A stretch of DNA of 64,000 nucleotides from Polyangiaceae bacterium (lineage in GTDB: Bacteria; Myxococcota_A; Polyangia; Polyangiales; Polyangiaceae), in contig JBGANF010000013.1 of the NCBI GenBank assembly GCA_044222475.1, positions 32,356 through 96,355 on the forward strand, read 5' to 3'. Position numbers and translations under genes: made by a program. Each line of letters starts with the position of its first letter. Positions within the stretch are counted from its first letter, which is position 1. The notes under the pieces were generated by a model. The model was given only the letters and a program-made list of their open reading frames with translations, was not told the DNA's origin and searched no databases. Below, one piece after another: positions 30,009 to 39,048 of the stretch.

Positions 30009-32125
30009 GCGATCGGCTCGTCTCGCGCGAGGGCGCCTCCGAGTTCCGGCGGCGCTACAAGTGGTTCGCGCTCTTCGTCGTGCTGACGTTCGGAGCGATC
30101 GTCGTGCGTCTGTTCCAGCTCCAGCTCGTCGACGGCGGTGATTACGAGTCGATGGCGCACGAGAACATCGTCCGTCGCACCACCCTCCCGACGACGCGCG
30201 GCGTCGTGCGCGACTCGCAGGGAAAGGTCCTCGCGTCGAGCCGTCCGGCCTACAACGTGACGATCGTCCCGGGTCGCGTGATGCCCAGCGCGCGGCCTCT
30301 CCGTCGCGGGAAGCCCGTCACGGAAGAAGCGGACACGTGGCCGAAGATCGCGAGCGTGCTCCGCTTGAACCCCGACGAAAAGGCGCGGTTCGAGGAGCGC
30401 ATCAAGACCGCGTGCGAGGACGACTCGGTCGACGGTCCGAGCACCGCTCGCAAGAGCCCGTGCTGGCGATCCATGCTGATTCGAGAGGACCTCGCGCGAG
30501 ACATCGTCGCCGAGCTCAAGGAGCACCAAGCGGAGCTCACCGGCGCGGACGTCACCCAGATCCCAGTAAGGTACTACCCGTACAAGAACCTCGGCGCGCA
30601 CGCGCTGGGGTACGTGGCCGAGCTCGACGCCGAGTCGCTCGCGCGACTGCGGCCGCCTGGGTACGAGTCGATGACCGCCGACGAGAAGGCGAAGGTCAAC
30701 CCGCTCGGATACGAGGTCGGTGACACGTCCGGCGCCACCGGAGTCGAGCGCGCGTGGGAGAGCTACCTTCGAGGGCAGCGCGGGTGGGAGAAGCGCATCG
30801 TCGACGCGCACGGTCGCTATCGGTCGGGTCCCGAGGCCGATCGGTACCTCGACGATCCCCGCAAGCAGGATCCCATTCCGGGACGCGATCTGCGGCTCAC
30901 CGTCGACATCGAGCTCATGCAGACGATCGAGAAGGCGATGCGCCCCCACGCCGCCGGCGCGGCGGTCGTCGTCGACGTCCGCACCGGCCGCGTCTTGGCC
31001 ACGTACTCGAAGCCCGACTTCGATCCGAACGACCTCTCGGGCGGCGCCGGCAAGAGCCGCGTGCGCGAGACGTTCGCCCAGCTGTCCGCCGATCCGCTGC
31101 GGCCGATGCTCGATCGCACGGTGAGCGGAGCGTTCCAGCCCGGGTCGACGTTCAAGCCGTTCGCGGCGTTGGCCGCGCTCGAGGACAAGCTCGTCGATCC
31201 GAAGGACCACGAGCGCTGTGACGGGTACCTCTACTACGGGCGCCGCATCTTCCACTGCACCCACGTGCACGGGAAGGTCGACATGCGCACCGCGCTCGCC
31301 GCGTCGTGCAACATCTACTTCTTCCACCTCGCCGAGGCGGTCGGCCTCGATCGCATCGCGCGCGTCGCCGCGGACTTCGGCCTCGGCGCGAAGACCGGCC
31401 TCGGCGTCAACCCCGAGGCGCAGGGGCGCGTCCCGACGCGCGCGTGGTACGCGTTGCGCTACCGCGGTCAGTTCCGCGTCGGCTTCACGCTCAACACCGC
31501 GATCGGGCAGGGCGACGCGACCGTGACGCCGCTCCAGCTCGCGCTCGCCTACGCCGCGCTCGCGAACGGCGGCACGGTGTACTCCCCGCAGCTCGTGCGC
31601 GCGGTCGAGACGAGTGACGGCGCCATCGTCCAGGATTTCCCGCCGCGCGTGCGCCACACGGTGTCGACCAAGCGGGAGAACCTGCAGCTCGTCACCGAGG
31701 CGCTCTGGGCGGTCGTCAACGATCCGCGAGGAACCGCGTTCCCGGTGCGCGATCCCGGCCTCGACGTCGCCGGCAAGACGGGAACGGCGCAGACCGGGTT
31801 CGTCGCCGCCAAGACCGACGACGCGAAGAAGGCGGCGTACTACGGGCACGACCACGCATGGTTCGCGGCGTTCTCGCCCTCGAAAGCGCCCGAGGTCGCG
31901 GTCATCGTGTTCGTCGAGCACGGCGGCGCCGGTCCGACGGTCGCTGCGCCGATCGCGATGCAGATCATCCGCGAGTACGGTCGGCTCGCCGCCGCGCGTG
32001 GCCTCCACGCGAAGCCGCCGCCGCCGCTGCCGAAGCCGACGCAATCGAACGCCCCGGCGCCCGTCCCACCGCCGCCGAACCCGGCCCTCGTGGTCGACGC
32101 GGGTGACGAAGGAGGGACGCCGTGA
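30005..32125 (+). CDS. mrdA: penicillin-binding protein 2
   Basis: PGSTFK (SxxK), SCN (SxN), AGKTGTAQ, DHAWF. Confidence 0.97.
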   Translation: MSDRLVSREGASEFRRRYKWFALFVVLTFGAIVVRLFQLQLVDGGDYESMAHENIVRRTTLPTTRGVVRDSQGKVLASSRPAYNVTIVPGRVMPSARPLRRGKPVTEEADTWPKIASVLRLNPDEKARFEERIKTACEDDSVDGPSTARKSPCWRSMLIREDLARDIVAELKEHQAELTGADVTQIPVRYYPYKNLGAHALGYVAELDAESLARLRPPGYESMTADEKAKVNPLGYEVGDTSGATGVERAWESYLRGQRGWEKRIVDAHGRYRSGPEADRYLDDPRKQDPIPGRDLRLTVDIELMQTIEKAMRPHAAGAAVVVDVRTGRVLATYSKPDFDPNDLSGGAGKSRVRETFAQLSADPLRPMLDRTVSGAFQPGSTFKPFAALAALEDKLVDPKDHERCDGYLYYGRRIFHCTHVHGKVDMRTALAASCNIYFFHLAEAVGLDRIARVAADFGLGAKTGLGVNPEAQGRVPTRAWYALRYRGQFRVGFTLNTAIGQGDATVTPLQLALAYAALANGGTVYSPQLVRAVETSDGAIVQDFPPRVRHTVSTKRENLQLVTEALWAVVNDPRGTAFPVRDPGLDVAGKTGTAQTGFVAAKTDDAKKAAYYGHDHAWFAAFSPSKAPEVAVIVFVEHGGAGPTVAAPIAMQIIREYGRLAAARGLHAKPPPPLPKPTQSNAPAPVPPPPNPALVVDAGDEGGTP

Positions 32126-33252
32126 TCGGCAACCTCACGCGCTCGCGGGACCGCTTCGACTGGGTCCTCTTCCTCGTCGCGTCGCTGCTCGCGGTCGTCG
32201 GGGTCATCAACCTGTACTCCGCCACGAGCGCGGTGAAGGCGGCGCTGTCGGACCTGTACGTCCTCCAGGTGTACTGGCTCGTCGTCGGCGGGATCTTGGC
32301 GGCGATCGTCGCGGCGATCGACTACCGGCACTACGAGCGCTTCGGTTACGCGGCGTACGGGTTCGGCGTCGTCTTGTTGCTCCTCGTGTTCGTGCTCGGT
32401 CGAGACATCCGCGGGAGCTCGCGCTGGATCTACATCGGGAGCTTCAGCTTGCAGCCGAGCGAGTTCATGAAGCTCTTCTTGATCATCGCGCTCGCCAAGT
32501 ACCTCCACGACGATCCTCGGGCCGAAGGGCGAACGCTGCGCGATCTCGTCGTACCGGCGGCGATCGCGGCGGTGCCGATGCTCCTCGTGCTGCGCCAGCC
32601 CGACCTCGGGACGGCGCTCATTCTGGGGCTCATCTTCGCGAGCATCGTGCTGATGACGCGCATCAAGTGGAAGAGCATGGCCTACCTCGGCGCCGGGAGC
32701 GCGGTGCTCTTGCCCGTCATCTGGGGCTACGGGCTGAAGGACTACCAGAAGCAGCGCATCGTCTCGTTCTTGAACCCGGAGGCGAACATCCTCGGAGCGA
32801 ACTGGCACGGCCACAACGCGCGCGTCGCGATCGGCGCCGGGCAGGTCGCGGGCGAGGGGTTCATGAAGGGGACGCAGAACCAGTTCTTGTTCCTGCCCGA
32901 TCAGTTCTCGGACTTCCCGTTCGCGGTCTACGCCGAAGAGTGGGGGTTCCTCGGGAGCGTGTTCTTGGTCGCGCTGTATGCGGCGCTCGTGCTCTGGGCG
33001 ATTCGCGTGGCGGCGGGGGCGCGCGATCGGTTCGGGGCGGTCATCTCCATCGGCGTCGGGGCGATGATCTTCTGGCACGCGATCTTCAACGTGGGGATGG
33101 TCACCGGGTTGCTTCCGGTCGTCGGGGTCACGTTGCCGTTGTTCTCGTTCGGTGGGTCCAGTGTCATGACGATCATGATCGGGTTGGGGCTGCTCATGAA
33201 CGTGTCGTTGAGGCGACCGCATGGGGCGTTGAGCGATCGGTTCTCGCGGTAG
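32122..33252 (+). CDS. rodA: rod shape-determining SEDS protein RodA
   Basis: QPSEFMK, QPDLGTA, DFPFAV..EEWGF, LPLFSFGGSS. Confidence 0.97.
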   Translation: MIGNLTRSRDRFDWVLFLVASLLAVVGVINLYSATSAVKAALSDLYVLQVYWLVVGGILAAIVAAIDYRHYERFGYAAYGFGVVLLLLVFVLGRDIRGSSRWIYIGSFSLQPSEFMKLFLIIALAKYLHDDPRAEGRTLRDLVVPAAIAAVPMLLVLRQPDLGTALILGLIFASIVLMTRIKWKSMAYLGAGSAVLLPVIWGYGLKDYQKQRIVSFLNPEANILGANWHGHNARVAIGAGQVAGEGFMKGTQNQFLFLPDQFSDFPFAVYAEEWGFLGSVFLVALYAALVLWAIRVAAGARDRFGAVISIGVGAMIFWHAIFNVGMVTGLLPVVGVTLPLFSFGGSSVMTIMIGLGLLMNVSLRRPHGALSDRFSR

Positions 33253-33257
33253 AGGGG

Positions 33258-33333
33258 TGCCCCTCACCGCGGCGCTTCGCGCGGCGACTCTCCCCAAACG
33301 CGGCGCTTCGCGCCGCGTGGGGAGAGTGGTTCC
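33258..33333 (+). repeat. 76-bp REP-like hairpin element (left copy)
   Basis: tgcccctcacc…actctccccaaacgcggcgcttcgcgccgcgtggggagagtggttcc; inverted copy at 36112-36187. Confidence 0.88.
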
Positions 33334-33450
33334 ACCGGTTCGCGGAGGGCGGAACCGGATCGCTCGCGATCCGCGGGGACGGTGTCAACCTTGTCAACCT
33401 TTGGTCGCAACGCTCGGTGCTGAACCATTTCGTTCGTCGCGGTAAGCGGC

Positions 33451-33727
33451 GTGAAGATCGCCATTCACTCTCCACCAATTCGCTCGCGAACATCGCAAGG
33501 CTCCCACCCCATCCGAGGCGATGCTTTGGAGCGTCCTTCGCGATCGCCACTCCCCGAAGCTCGCGATCGAGATCGACGGCGGATCTCACCTAGGCCGGCA
33601 AGCCCTCGACGCAGCGCGCGATGCCGATCTCGGCCGGCTCCACGGAATCCGCGTCTGGCGCGTCTCGGCGCGGCGCGTCGAGGTCGAGCTCGCGGCAGTC
33701 CTCGGGGAGCTGGCGGTTGTACTCTAG
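33451..33727 (+). pseudogene. DUF559 (Vsr-like endonuclease) remnant with internal deletion
   Basis: FAREHRKAPTPSEAMLWSVLRDR joined directly to HSPKLAIEIDGGSH…DAARDADL…GIRVWR; the usual FRRQ…VDF segment is absent; in-frame TGA at 33452. Confidence 0.8.
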
Positions 33728-33784
33728 AAGCCAGTAGTAGAGTACAACCGGTTGTGCTCTACTATTGGAACATAGAGTACAACT
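33715..33784. promoter_or_regulatory. four alternating copies of a 12-bp motif TAGAGTACAACC (two 12-11-12 palindromic units)
   Basis: Arms at 33715-26, 33738-49, 33750-61, 33773-84; ends 4 nt before ATG 33789. Confidence 0.8.
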
Positions 33785-33788
33785 CACG

Positions 33789-34820
33789 ATGGCCCTCTTC
33801 ACTGCTCATCCGCTTGCGTTCCAGACCGCGTACTCCGACCTCAAACGTCGGGCCCTCGAGCTCCCGGCGTTCTTCGTCGGTACCGCCGGGTCGGTCGGCA
33901 CGCGCGCGGTGAAGGGCCGATCGTTTCTGTACCGCCAGCACTACGACGCCGTCGGGGCGAAGGTCGCCGACTACATCGGTCCCGCGACCGATGCTGCGTC
34001 CCTCGCGAAGGCCGAGGCACTTCGGGAACGCATTGCAGTTACGAGCGCTCTCGCCGCCGAGGGGCGCGTCCTCGGACGTGAGGGCTACGTCCGCGCCGAT
34101 GCGCGAACCGGAGCGGTCCTCGCCGCCATCGCGAACCACGCGCTGTTCCGCGCGGGCGCGGTCCTCGTTGGATCGCATGCCTACGGTGTGTTGCTCAACG
34201 AGCTAGGCGTTCGCGCGACCGCATTCCTCACCCAAGACGTCGACATCGCGCGCGGCAAACCGCTGCGCGTCGCTCCGGAGGAGAGCTTCGCCGAGATCCT
34301 CGAAGAGTCGCGCGTTCCGCTGCATCCCGTCTCGGGGTTCGACCGCAAGCGAAGCGTGACCTCGTACAAGGCGCCGGGGCGCGATCCTTTTCGGGTCGAC
34401 CTCGTCGTTCCGACGTCGGGGCGCGTGGTGACAGTCGCCGCCGTCGCCGAGCTTCGTGCGCAGGCGATGGCGCTTCCCGCGCTCGACTACCTCCTCGCGC
34501 GGCCCGTCGATGCGGTCGTTCTGACGCGCGAGGGAGCGGTAGCGGTCAAGGTGCCACGTCCCGAGGTGTTCGCCTGGCACAAGATGTTCGTCTCCCAAGA
34601 GCGCACGACGACGAGCGACAAGTCGGAGAAAGATCTCCATCAAGCGAGCGTCCTAGTCGCCGCCCTCGCCGAGCGCGAGCCGGGAGCGCTTGGTGATGCC
34701 TTCGCCGAGCTTCCCAAGACCACGCTCTCGAAGGTGCGGCGAGGAGTGGCTCTCGTGCGCGCCAAGCTACACGTCGCGGGAGCCACCCGAGCCATCGAGG
34801 TACTCGACGACCTCGACTGA
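33789..34820 (+). CDS. GSU2403-family nucleotidyltransferase-fold protein
   Basis: GAVLVGSHAYG…TQDVDIA NTase motif; VPRPEVFAWHK…KSEKDLHQA. Confidence 0.85.
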   Translation: MALFTAHPLAFQTAYSDLKRRALELPAFFVGTAGSVGTRAVKGRSFLYRQHYDAVGAKVADYIGPATDAASLAKAEALRERIAVTSALAAEGRVLGREGYVRADARTGAVLAAIANHALFRAGAVLVGSHAYGVLLNELGVRATAFLTQDVDIARGKPLRVAPEESFAEILEESRVPLHPVSGFDRKRSVTSYKAPGRDPFRVDLVVPTSGRVVTVAAVAELRAQAMALPALDYLLARPVDAVVLTREGAVAVKVPRPEVFAWHKMFVSQERTTTSDKSEKDLHQASVLVAALAEREPGALGDAFAELPKTTLSKVRRGVALVRAKLHVAGATRAIEVLDDLD

Positions 34821-34823
34821 GCT

Positions 34824-36023
34824 TCAGCGCCCGCAGCGCGTCGACTCGCAGTGGTAGAAGACGTACGAGCCGTCGACCGGCTTCGCCCACGGAGTGAACG
34901 TCAGCGAGCACGTGCTCGCGCCAGTGCCCCAGTAGAATCCCTGGGCGGCGGAGTCGCTCGGGTCGATCTCGCGGAGTTGGCAGAGGGGCCGACCGGCGAT
35001 GGCCTCCACGTACGGGTCGCGCGCGACGTGCCTCCTCGCTGCCGCGGATGCCGGCGTGAGGCCGAGCTCGGGGCGCGCGCACATCGAGTCGTCACCCGAC
35101 ACCGGAGGTGCCACGAGAATGGTGCACGACGAGCGCGCCCACACCTCCGGGAAGCACTGGAGGGACAGGTAGCTCCCGAGGCGTTGAAAGAAGAGGTCGG
35201 CGTTCGTGAGGTCGGGGTTCTCGCTGCAGGCCTGTACGATCCGACCTTCGCTGAAAGGGGCGGAGCCTGCCGCAGCAGCCAGGCGCGGAATGGCGGCCCG
35301 GTTTTTCCACGTACGATCGAAGCCCGGGTCGATGACTCCGCAGGTCGGCGGTCGAACCGGGGCGCTCGACCCGCGAGCGCGCACGTCGACGAGGACGGAG
35401 AAGTACGTGCGGTACGCGCGCAATCCGTCGACCTCACCGAGCAGGGCCGGGACGCTCGCATCCGCGCTGGTGTCGTCGTGTGCGGTGGCGGCGAAGACGA
35501 CGAGCGACGACTTTGGGCGAATGAATCCGTCGCCCCGTCGCAGGTCCGCGATGCGCGCGAGGATCGGCGTCTCGTCGTTTCCGGTCGGCATCGCATCGAA
35601 CGACTCCGCGCACGCGCCGAGGAACGCCTCGGGATCGCGCATCTCGTCCTTCGGCGTGATCCACGCGTTGTCGGGCGTCTTGGCGAGGTAGGTGAGTCGG
35701 CGCTCGAAGCTCGTGGAGGCGCCGCGGATCGCGACGTGGAGATCGTGCGCAGCGTCGAAGCTGCCAGGGTCGCCCTGCACCCTCTCGGTGACGAGCTTGC
35801 GAAGGGCCGCCATCGTCTGGGCGCGCAGCATCGGACGCGACTGCGCGGCCTCCGGAGAATCATCGACGATGATGACGACATCGACGGCCGGAGGGTTCAT
35901 CGAGCGCACCACGGTGTCGTACGTGCAAAGCGAGCCATCGCCGGACGACACCCACTCGGGATCACTCGAGCACGCGAGGACGACCAAGGGCAGACAGAGC
36001 AACAGCCGACGCACGGCCTCCAC
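34824..36023 (-). CDS. hypothetical lipoprotein (vWA-like VDVVIIVDDS)
   Basis: VLAC lipobox; Cys-rich C-terminus typical of myxobacterial lipoproteins. Confidence 0.7.
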   Translation of the reverse strand: MEAVRRLLLCLPLVVLACSSDPEWVSSGDGSLCTYDTVVRSMNPPAVDVVIIVDDSPEAAQSRPMLRAQTMAALRKLVTERVQGDPGSFDAAHDLHVAIRGASTSFERRLTYLAKTPDNAWITPKDEMRDPEAFLGACAESFDAMPTGNDETPILARIADLRRGDGFIRPKSSLVVFAATAHDDTSADASVPALLGEVDGLRAYRTYFSVLVDVRARGSSAPVRPPTCGVIDPGFDRTWKNRAAIPRLAAAAGSAPFSEGRIVQACSENPDLTNADLFFQRLGSYLSLQCFPEVWARSSCTILVAPPVSGDDSMCARPELGLTPASAAARRHVARDPYVEAIAGRPLCQLREIDPSDSAAQGFYWGTGASTCSLTFTPWAKPVDGSYVFYHCESTRCGR

Positions 36024-36111
36024 TCAGCAATGGTCGTGCCGCCATGCTCAGCACGAAAAACCGGTGCGACGAACGTCGAGGGCCAACCAGGTTGGCAAAG
36101 CCGCCAACGAG

Positions 36112-36187
36112 GGAACCACTCTCCCCACGTGGCGCGAAGCGCCACGTTTGGGGAGAGTCTGGCCGCGAAGCGGCCAGGTGAGGGGCA
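36112..36187 (-). repeat. 76-bp REP-like hairpin element (right copy, inverted)
   Basis: Reverse complement matches 33258-33333 with compensatory stem changes. Confidence 0.88.
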
Positions 36188-36198
36188 TCTCGCGAGGG

Positions 36199-37794
36199 TC
36201 ACCCCAACATCGGGGCAAACGCGAGGGCCATCGCCCCGACGAGCACCCCACTCGTCCCAATCCCGCGCCGCGCGCCATCCCCCGTCGAAAACCGCGCCAC
36301 GACCGCCGCGATCGCCGCCGCGAGCGCACACGCCGCGAGCGCGCCGGCAGCACCGGCGCCAAGGACGTGCCCCAGGATCGCGCAGATCGCAATCCCCACC
36401 GCCGCCACCAACGCCCCGGCCGTCCGTGTACCAAGTTGGGACGGAGGCCGCAGCGCCGAGAGCCCGACGCCGAGCAGCGCCGCCGCGAGGGGCGCGGGAT
36501 CGAGGATGGTCGCCGGCCCGCCGGCGATGCCCGCGAGCTCGCACTGGGTCGAGAGCTCCGAGCCATCGGTCATCGGCAGAGCTCCGGCGGCGGCCCAGCG
36601 CGCGCACGCCGCCGACGTCGCCGCTGCCGCGACCGCGAGCGGCACGAGCAAGAGCCCCAGGGCGGCGGACGGCAACCGCGCGCCGCTCGCGCGCTCGAGC
36701 TCGACGTCGTCGAACGACTGCGCGCCCGAATCGACTGGGGCGCGCGCGATCACGTCCAGGATCCCCGCCGCCCCGCGCGCTCCGAGCGCGGCGAAGGCGA
36801 CGCCGAAGAGCGCGCCGTGCTTCGCGTCGGTCAGCCCGAGGAGCTTCACCGCCGCCGCGGCCGCGAGCGCGGTCGCGACGAAGGCGCCGAACGCAGACGC
36901 GAGTCCGCGCTGGCGCGACGCGAGCTCGTAGGCGATCACCGTCGCGGTCGCACCCGCCGCACCGGCGAAGAGCGAAGGGAGCGCGAGCGCTCCGAGGAGC
37001 GCGAACGAAGCGCCGGCGAGCGCGAGCACCGCGAGGACGACCCCGAGGTACAGCGAGCGGGTCAACGCCCGTCCGTCGGGCTCGCCGGGGGCGCGCCGAA
37101 ACGCGAACGTGGCCGCGAGCGTCGTCGCGGCGAAGAGCGAACGGAGCACGAGCGGGGCGAGCGTGACCGCGAGCGCGCTGGAGCGGAGCTGCGCGGGCTC
37201 GAGGAGTGGAGCGTCCTGCTCGAAGAAGTGCGCCGCGACCGTCATTGCCGCGCAGGTCTCGAGTGCGACCGCACCGTCGTCCCTCGACTGCGGGTCGGCC
37301 TTCCCGAAGCTCGGCAGCAATGCTCCGAGCGCGAACCCAGAGGCGAGCGGAACGATCGCCGGAGCGAGGTGAGCCGGATCGCCGACCGACCGCGAGCTCA
37401 GGCTCGCGATCGCGGCGAGGGCGCCGAGCACGAAGCTCGACAGGAGGGGATGCACCAGGCTCGCGGGACCGAACGCGACGAACGGCGCGTCCGCCGCCGG
37501 CGGATGTCGCCGCCGAACCTCGCGCGAAGCGACCGTGACGATCGCGCCGCACGCGATGCTCGCGGCGAGGAACCCACCGAGGCGAAGCGCCGGCCGGTCG
37601 AACGGGTGCGCCGCTCCTCGCAGCGCGGCGAGCAGGAACGCGCACGCAGCGGCTGCCAGCGCGAGGAGGACGTCGTCTCTAGGGTTCTCTCGCTCCGCGA
37701 GCGGGGCCCCGCTCCGCGGCGCGATGCGGAGAAAATACACGAGGGCCGCGCACCCGAGCGCCGAGGCCGCGAGGACGAGCGCGAGCTCCCACAT
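36199..37794 (-). CDS. Ala-rich polytopic membrane protein, possibly a degenerate H+/Na+-pyrophosphatase homolog
   Basis: Many TM segments; PLVLRSL…EPDGRALTRSLY and ATILDPAPLAAALLG recall HppA helices; catalytic acidic motifs not seen. Confidence 0.5.
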   Translation of the reverse strand: MWELALVLAASALGCAALVYFLRIAPRSGAPLAERENPRDDVLLALAAAACAFLLAALRGAAHPFDRPALRLGGFLAASIACGAIVTVASREVRRRHPPAADAPFVAFGPASLVHPLLSSFVLGALAAIASLSSRSVGDPAHLAPAIVPLASGFALGALLPSFGKADPQSRDDGAVALETCAAMTVAAHFFEQDAPLLEPAQLRSSALAVTLAPLVLRSLFAATTLAATFAFRRAPGEPDGRALTRSLYLGVVLAVLALAGASFALLGALALPSLFAGAAGATATVIAYELASRQRGLASAFGAFVATALAAAAAVKLLGLTDAKHGALFGVAFAALGARGAAGILDVIARAPVDSGAQSFDDVELERASGARLPSAALGLLLVPLAVAAAATSAACARWAAAGALPMTDGSELSTQCELAGIAGGPATILDPAPLAAALLGVGLSALRPPSQLGTRTAGALVAAVGIAICAILGHVLGAGAAGALAACALAAAIAAVVARFSTGDGARRGIGTSGVLVGAMALAFAPMLG

Positions 37795-37814
37795 GAGGTT
37801 CGAGAAGCAGCGCG

Positions 37815-38468
37815 CTACTTCTTCGCGCCCTGGAGAACCATCAGGTGAAACTTGTTGAACTCCGTCTGGCCGAGGGTGAAGAGGACCTCGACGAGGAGAC
37901 GGTAGGGCGTGTCTTTGTCGGCGATGACGATCGCCTCGCTGCCGCTCGCGTCCTTGCCCTGGGCGCGGCGGAGATCGCGGTCGGTGTTGCGCCAGGCTTG
38001 GAGCGTCTGCCCGAGCTTGGTGATGTAGAGGTCGTTCGCGCCACCGCGCTTGTACTTCGCCTCGACACCGTGGGTCGCGTCAGCGGGGACGTCGACGATG
38101 GACTCGTCTTCGACGATGATCTTCGACTTCGAGATGATCACCGGGACGCCTTCCTGCGACGCTTCCGTCGTCAGGATCGACTTCGGCATCGAGAGGTCGG
38201 TCGACTGCGGGATCGACGCCGACGACGCGGCCATCGTCTTCAGGAGGAAGACGAGGATGATGGTCATCATGTCCATCATCGCCGTGATGTTGAGGAAGTT
38301 GATCTCGGGCTCGTGCGCCTTGCGCCGGATCTCGGTGCGGAGCACGCGCTTGTAGGTCGCCATGCCCGCGGGCTTCTGCCGCGGCGGGGCGGAGAACGTC
38401 GCGGGCTGGCCGGGCGCGCCGGGCGGTCCGGGGGGTTGGTTCGGGGGCTGGTTCGGAGGCTGGTTCAT
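37815..38468 (-). CDS. ExbD/TolR family protein (AglS-like paralog)
   Basis: LNITAMMDMMTIILVFLL; IIADKDTPYRLLVEVLFT. Confidence 0.92.
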   Translation of the reverse strand: MNQPPNQPPNQPPGPPGAPGQPATFSAPPRQKPAGMATYKRVLRTEIRRKAHEPEINFLNITAMMDMMTIILVFLLKTMAASSASIPQSTDLSMPKSILTTEASQEGVPVIISKSKIIVEDESIVDVPADATHGVEAKYKRGGANDLYITKLGQTLQAWRNTDRDLRRAQGKDASGSEAIVIADKDTPYRLLVEVLFTLGQTEFNKFHLMVLQGAKK

Positions 38469-39031
38469 TTGGCCAAACCGAAGTTCACGTCAGGGAACAG
38501 GTCGTCGCCGGTGTCGGTCTTGCGGATCGCATCCATCGTCGAGATGACCGCCTGGTACGGGATGTTCGGGTTCGCGCTGATGGTGACGTTCGTCTCTTCG
38601 GCGAACTTGTCGGACGATCGCTTGAGGCCGGCGACGCACCGGTTGAGCCCGTCGTAGTCGTACTCGCCTTGCGGCGTCTTGCCGACGGCGAGACCCGAGC
38701 CAGCGTCCTTGCAGCCCGGGGCGACGTTGCCGCCGCGAGCCTTCACGCTGAACCCGTCGGGGACGATCAGGATCGTGAGGCCGAGCGACTCTGTCACCGG
38801 GGGCCGCACCGATCCCGCACCGCCCGCCTTCGGCGGGAACGTGTCGATCGTCGCGGTGAACGTGACGCTCACGGTCGCGAGAACGAACATGAGGACGTTC
38901 ATGATGATGTCGAGAAACGGAACGATGTTGAGCTCGCCGCCCTCTTCGTCGGGGGCGAGCTCCCTCGGTTCCGACAGGCGGCGGATTTTGCTCCGCTGCG
39001 CTGCGCTGAGTTTCTCTTCCGTTGCCGCCAT
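38465..39031 (-). CDS. ExbD/TolR family protein (AglQ-like paralog)
   Basis: ELNIVPFLDIIMNVLMF; ISANPNIPYQAVISTMD. Confidence 0.92.
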   Translation of the reverse strand: MAATEEKLSAAQRSKIRRLSEPRELAPDEEGGELNIVPFLDIIMNVLMFVLATVSVTFTATIDTFPPKAGGAGSVRPPVTESLGLTILIVPDGFSVKARGGNVAPGCKDAGSGLAVGKTPQGEYDYDGLNRCVAGLKRSSDKFAEETNVTISANPNIPYQAVISTMDAIRKTDTGDDLFPDVNFGLAK

Positions 39032-39048
39032 CGTCTACCGTGCTCCGA

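Noticed and set aside
33258..36187. Classical IS or composite transposon
   Set aside because: No transposase or integrase ORF and no target-site duplication recognised; kept only as a REP-like bracket.
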